This document shows positions 60,346 through 64,000 of a stretch of 64,000 bases of DNA, in pieces (within the stretch, counting starts at the first letter, position 1; the number at the start of each line of letters is the position of its first letter). Below the pieces are notes generated by a model, which saw only the letters and a list, made by a program, of their open reading frames with translations, searched no databases and was not told the origin of the DNA. Source of the stretch: Brevundimonas sp. (GTDB lineage: Bacteria > Pseudomonadota > Alphaproteobacteria > Caulobacterales > Caulobacteraceae); NCBI RefSeq assembly GCF_050729455.1, contig NZ_JBOHLI010000007.1, positions 684-64,683 of the forward strand, given 5' to 3'. Made by a program: the position numbers and the translations under genes.

Positions 60346-60870
60346 ATGAACGCCGTCGCCACCCCCGCCAATGTCGCCAACGTCGCTGTCCCCGTTCGCA
60401 TCGTCCGCGAGACGGCGAGCGACGCGACCGCCATCGACGCTCTGGTGCTGGCCGCCTTTGGTCCCGGCCGCTTCGCCAAGACGGCGGAACGTCTGCGCGA
60501 GGCGGCGGAGCTTGCCGTGGGCTTCTGCGCGTTTGAGGGCGAGCGGCTGATCGGTTCGGTGCGGCTGTGGTCGATCACCGTGGGCGAGACGCGCTCCGTC
60601 TTTCTGGGACCGATCGCCGTGGACGCCGCCAGCCGTCGTGGCGGGTTGGGCGCGGAACTGGTGCGGGCCTGTCTCGATGAGGCGAAGGCGATGACGCTGG
60701 ACGGGGTGCTGCTGATCGGCGATCCGCCCTATTTTTCGCGCTTCGGTTTCGTGGCGGCGCCGCAAGCCGTGTTCGCCGGGCCGGTGGATCCGCGCCGGGT
60801 GATGTGGCTGCCGATCAGCGCGGCCGAGCCGGTCGGCGCGGTGCGGCCGGTCAAGGGACGCGTCGCCTAG
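60346..60870 (+). CDS. GNAT-family N-acetyltransferase
   Basis: LGPIAVDAASRRGGLGAELVRACLDEAK (Q/RxxGxG/A acetyl-CoA motif). Confidence 0.8.
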   Translation: MNAVATPANVANVAVPVRIVRETASDATAIDALVLAAFGPGRFAKTAERLREAAELAVGFCAFEGERLIGSVRLWSITVGETRSVFLGPIAVDAASRRGGLGAELVRACLDEAKAMTLDGVLLIGDPPYFSRFGFVAAPQAVFAGPVDPRRVMWLPISAAEPVGAVRPVKGRVA

Positions 60871-60933
60871 TTTGCGCCCGATAGAGGCGCGGCGGCCCTT
60901 TTCCCCGCGCCCGACCCGGCCCATAGTTTCGCC

Positions 60934-61491
60934 ATGACGCGCGAACCGACGACTTCACCTTCCGGCCTGTCCGGCGTCGCCGAGGCCGCCCGCCAGGCGC
61001 CGGGGCGCGGCCTGCCGCCGGTGCATCTGTGGCATCCCGAACATTGCGGCGACATCGACATCCTGATCCGCGCCGATGGCGTGTGGATGCATGAAGGCTC
61101 GCCCATCGGCCGGGCCGAACTGGTGCGGTTGTTCTCGACGGTGCTGCGAAAGGACCCGGACGGCTATCACCTGGTCACGCCCGCGGAAAAGCTGAAGATC
61201 AGGGTCGAAGACCTGCCGTTCCGCGCCGTGACCGTTCGGGCGGCGGATGGCGTGCTGACCTTTACGACCGACGTCGGCGATGATGTCGAAGCGGGCGCCA
61301 ACCATCCCATAATCGTAGAGACGGACGCCGCGACCGGAGAACCGGCGCCGCGCGTCCATGTGCGGGCCGACCTGTGGGCGCGGATCGCGCGGCCGGTCTT
61401 CTATGAGTTGGTCGAGCGGGCCGAGACGGTGGATGGGCGCCTGGTGGTGCGGTCCAGCAGCGAAGTCTTCTCCTTGGGAAGCGTGGAATGA
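60934..61491 (+). CDS. DUF1285 domain protein
   Basis: PPVHLWHPEHCGDIDILIRADGVWMHEGSPIGRAELVRLFSTVLRKD. Conserved upstream of the NUDIX/cca pair in alphaproteobacteria. Confidence 0.75.
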   Translation: MTREPTTSPSGLSGVAEAARQAPGRGLPPVHLWHPEHCGDIDILIRADGVWMHEGSPIGRAELVRLFSTVLRKDPDGYHLVTPAEKLKIRVEDLPFRAVTVRAADGVLTFTTDVGDDVEAGANHPIIVETDAATGEPAPRVHVRADLWARIARPVFYELVERAETVDGRLVVRSSSEVFSLGSVE

Positions 61492-62150
61492 GTTGCAGCA
61501 GTCTGAGGCAAAGGCTCGAGGCTCATCTGGACCCGGTGAGCGACTGGACGCCCGAGCGGACGGCCATTCGGTCGGACTATGATCTGAACCCCGGCACGGA
61601 GCGGCCGGCGCACGAACTGCGTCCCGCCGCCGTCCTGGTGCCGATCATCGCCCACGCCGAGGGGCCGACCGTGCTGATGACGCGGCGCTCGGACAGCTTG
61701 GCCAGCCACACCGGCCAGATCGCCTTTCCCGGCGGGCGGCTGGACCCTGGCGAGACGGCGGGGCAGGCGGCGCTGCGCGAAGCCTTCGAGGAGGTGGCGC
61801 TGGACCCCGGCGTGGTCGAGCTGCTGGGGCTGGGCGATCCCTATGAGACGGTGACGGGGTTTCTGGTCACGCCGGTGGTGGGCTGGCTGACCGCGCCGCC
61901 GCTGGTCACGCCGTCGCCGGCTGAAGTGGCCGAAGTGTTCGAGGCGCCGTGGGATTTCCTGATGGATCCGGCCAATCACCGTCGCGACTTCTATGACCCG
62001 GAAAGCGGCCCGCGCCGCTGGTTCTGGGCCATGCCCTATCGCGAGCGCTACATCTGGGGCGCGACGGCGGGCATTCTGAAGGGCCTGTTCGGGCGTCTGT
62101 ATGGCGACGAGCCGGAACCGCTGGCCGCCGCCGCCGAGGACGCGGCGTGA
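61488..62150 (+). CDS. CoA pyrophosphatase (NUDIX hydrolase)
   Basis: HTGQIAFPGGRLDPGETAGQAALREAFEEVAL (Nudix box preceded by the CoA-type motif). Confidence 0.85.
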   Translation: MSCSSLRQRLEAHLDPVSDWTPERTAIRSDYDLNPGTERPAHELRPAAVLVPIIAHAEGPTVLMTRRSDSLASHTGQIAFPGGRLDPGETAGQAALREAFEEVALDPGVVELLGLGDPYETVTGFLVTPVVGWLTAPPLVTPSPAEVAEVFEAPWDFLMDPANHRRDFYDPESGPRRWFWAMPYRERYIWGATAGILKGLFGRLYGDEPEPLAAAAEDAA

Positions 62151-63352
62151 CGCACCGGCTGGAAGGGCAGGACTGGCTGACGGCCTCGGCCACGCGGGCG
62201 GTGACGGCGGCGCTGGCGGCGGCGGGCGGGCCGGACTGCGCGCGCTTCGTTGGCGGCTGCGTGCGCAACGCCTTGATCGGCGCGCCCATCGACGACATCG
62301 ACATCGCCACGACCCTGACGCCGGATGCCGTGGTCGCGGCGCTGAAGGCGGCCCGGCTGCGGTCGGTCCCGACCGGCATCGAGCACGGCACGGTGACGGC
62401 GATCTCGGAGCATCAGCCGTTCGAGATCACCACCCTGCGCCGCGACGTCTCGACCGATGGGCGGCGCGCCACGGTGGCTTTCACCACCGACTGGGCCGAG
62501 GATGCGGGACGACGCGACTTTCGCCTGAACGCCCTCTACGCCGACGCGGACGGCGTTATTCTGGACCCGACGGGGCAGGGGTTCGACGACGCCATGGCGG
62601 GGCGGATCGTCTTTGTCGGCGAGCCCGAGGGCCGCATCCGCGAGGACTATCTGCGCATCCTGCGCTTCTATCGATTCCATGCCTGGTACGGACGGGGCGC
62701 GCCGGATGCTGCGGCGGTGGCGGCCTGCGCCGCGATGGCCGAGGGCGTCGAGCGGCTGTCGGCCGAGCGGGTGTCCAAGGAGTTGCTGAAGCTGCTGGCC
62801 GCGCCCGATCCGCGCCCGGCGGTGCGGCTGATGGATAGAGCAGGCGTGCTGGGGCGGGTCGTGCCGGAGCCGACCGGCCTGGCGCTGTTCGAGGCGATGA
62901 CGGATTTGAGCGGCGATCCGGTGCAGCGGCTGTCGACCCTGCTGCCCGTTGATCCGGTGCAGGCGGCCGAGGTCGCGCGGCGGCTGCGCCTGTCCAACGC
63001 CCAGTGCGACCGTCTGGTCGAGGCGGTGAGCGGCGAGGCGACGATGGCGCTGACGGAGCCGCAGGCGCGGGCGGCCATATACCGCGACGGGCGACAGGCC
63101 TTCGAGGACCGGGTTCTGCGGGCCTGGGCGGCGGGCGGCGATGCGGACGGCGCGCGGCGACTGCTGGCTTTGGCGCAGGATTGGTCGCGGCCGTCCCTGC
63201 CGGTCGGCGGGCGCGATCTGGCGAAGCTGGGGCTGGCGCCGGGGCCGGAGACGGGGCGGGTGCTGAAGGCCTTCGAGGCAGACTGGATCGCGGACGACTT
63301 CCCCGATCACGGCCACGAGGAGCGGCTCAGGGCGCTTCTGCCGCCAGGGTGA
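62147..63352 (+). CDS. cca: CCA-adding tRNA nucleotidyltransferase / poly(A) polymerase family
   Basis: RFVGGCVRNALIGAPIDDIDIATTLTPD...TLRRD...DFRLNALY. Confidence 0.88.
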   Translation: MTHRLEGQDWLTASATRAVTAALAAAGGPDCARFVGGCVRNALIGAPIDDIDIATTLTPDAVVAALKAARLRSVPTGIEHGTVTAISEHQPFEITTLRRDVSTDGRRATVAFTTDWAEDAGRRDFRLNALYADADGVILDPTGQGFDDAMAGRIVFVGEPEGRIREDYLRILRFYRFHAWYGRGAPDAAAVAACAAMAEGVERLSAERVSKELLKLLAAPDPRPAVRLMDRAGVLGRVVPEPTGLALFEAMTDLSGDPVQRLSTLLPVDPVQAAEVARRLRLSNAQCDRLVEAVSGEATMALTEPQARAAIYRDGRQAFEDRVLRAWAAGGDADGARRLLALAQDWSRPSLPVGGRDLAKLGLAPGPETGRVLKAFEADWIADDFPDHGHEERLRALLPPG

Positions 63353-64000
63353 AGCGGGTGATGACGGGGCGGTGGTCCGAACCGGTCTTGCGGCCCAGTC
63401 TGCGCTCCAGCAGGGCCAGATCGGGCGAGCGCCAGACCTGATCAATGGTCATGCCGACCGCTGACGGCGCGGCCGCGGGCCAGGTGCCGGGCCAGCCGGG
63501 GGCGGGGATCAGGCCGGCCTCGGTCTGAATCTGACGGCCGATGCGGGCGCTGGACACGCTGTTGAAGTCGCCGGCGGCGATGACTGGGCCGGTCATGTCG
63601 CGGCGGATGGCGGCCAGGGCCGTCGCCTGATTGATCTGCCCCCATTGATACTGGAAGGGCCAGGGCCGGGTCAGGTGGGCGCCGATGACGTTGACGGGGC
63701 CGAGCGGCGTCCGGGCCGTGGCGGCGACCGAGACCAGGCCGTCGGCCCGGTCGGCGATGGCGGTCAGCGGATAACGCGAGGCGATGGCCGCGCGCGCCGC
63801 GCCGCTGGGCCGATCCACGCGGGCGGTCAGCACGCGGTGCGGATAACCCGCCAGAACGCGATCCAGCTGGGCCGTCGGCGCGTCGCCCAGTTCGACCAGG
63901 ACCACGATGTCGGCGTTCGCCTCGTCGATGGAGCGGGCGATGGCGTCCACGTCCTCGTTCCAGGCCCACAGATTGGCCGAATAGACGCTCAACGTCGCCG
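63327..64000 (-). CDS. Endonuclease/exonuclease/phosphatase (EEP) family protein; 5' end probably beyond the window
   Basis: DIVVLVELGD...AGDFNS...SDHRPV motifs. The frame stays open to position 64000. Confidence 0.75.
   Translation of the reverse strand, partial: ATLSVYSANLWAWNEDVDAIARSIDEANADIVVLVELGDAPTAQLDRVLAGYPHRVLTARVDRPSGAARAAIASRYPLTAIADRADGLVSVAATARTPLGPVNVIGAHLTRPWPFQYQWGQINQATALAAIRRDMTGPVIAAGDFNSVSSARIGRQIQTEAGLIPAPGWPGTWPAAAPSAVGMTIDQVWRSPDLALLERRLGRKTGSDHRPVITRFTLAAEAP

Noticed and set aside
52706-63445. ORFs 52706-54487 (-), 54818-55843 (+), 55929-57257 (+), 57315-58415 (+), 59437-60924 (-) and 62048-63445 (-).
   Set aside because: They are antisense to recN, the 306-aa protein, xthA, the Cys-repeat protein, the hydratase/GNAT genes and cca respectively. 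ORF 54818 begins inside the MITE-like repeat (LDPGLRRDERGG is the repeat read as protein).

Overview
This 64-kb window is high-GC alphaproteobacterial chromosome, about two-thirds G+C by eye. Gene content, TonB-receptor load and intergenic palindromic repeats suggest Caulobacterales (Brevundimonas/Caulobacter-like); that assignment is inference only. Most of it is ordinary housekeeping DNA.

Main blocks, in order:
- A complete propionyl-CoA to succinyl-CoA cluster: pccR, pccB, pccA, mutA, mutB, mce.
- Five TonB-dependent receptors. One is ZnuD-like with a His-rich loop, one is haem-type, and one sits in a copper-type DUF2946/PepSY/PCuAC operon.
- kbl-tdh, rlmJ, a hybrid histidine kinase, hemF, a membrane dipeptidase, trmL and petABC.
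- Two tandem M28 peptidases.
- ychF, then an inserted block, then pth-rplY-prs.
- bamD, recN, xthA, and a DUF1285-NUDIX-cca block.

I found no rRNA, tRNA, CRISPR array, transposase, integrase or prophage genes.

I did not find a convincing multi-gene novel system. The best candidates for something undescribed are:
1. A strongly AT-rich solo gene with a HEPN-type R-x4-H motif, wedged between pccB and pccA.
2. An orphan barstar-family immunity gene inside kbl-tdh.
3. A lower-GC 508-aa two-repeat protein next to ychF. Its signal peptide is in a different frame from its body, and it abuts a metY stump.
4. A tandem DUF4139 pair. One copy carries a 13-proline tract followed by a TonB-box-like DIVVTGSRI motif.
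5. An ~8-kb block splitting the usual pth/ychF neighbourhood, bounded by copies of one palindromic repeat family.

All family names come from motifs I recognise by eye. No database search was possible. The many very long antisense ORFs in the track are high-GC shadow frames and were rejected.
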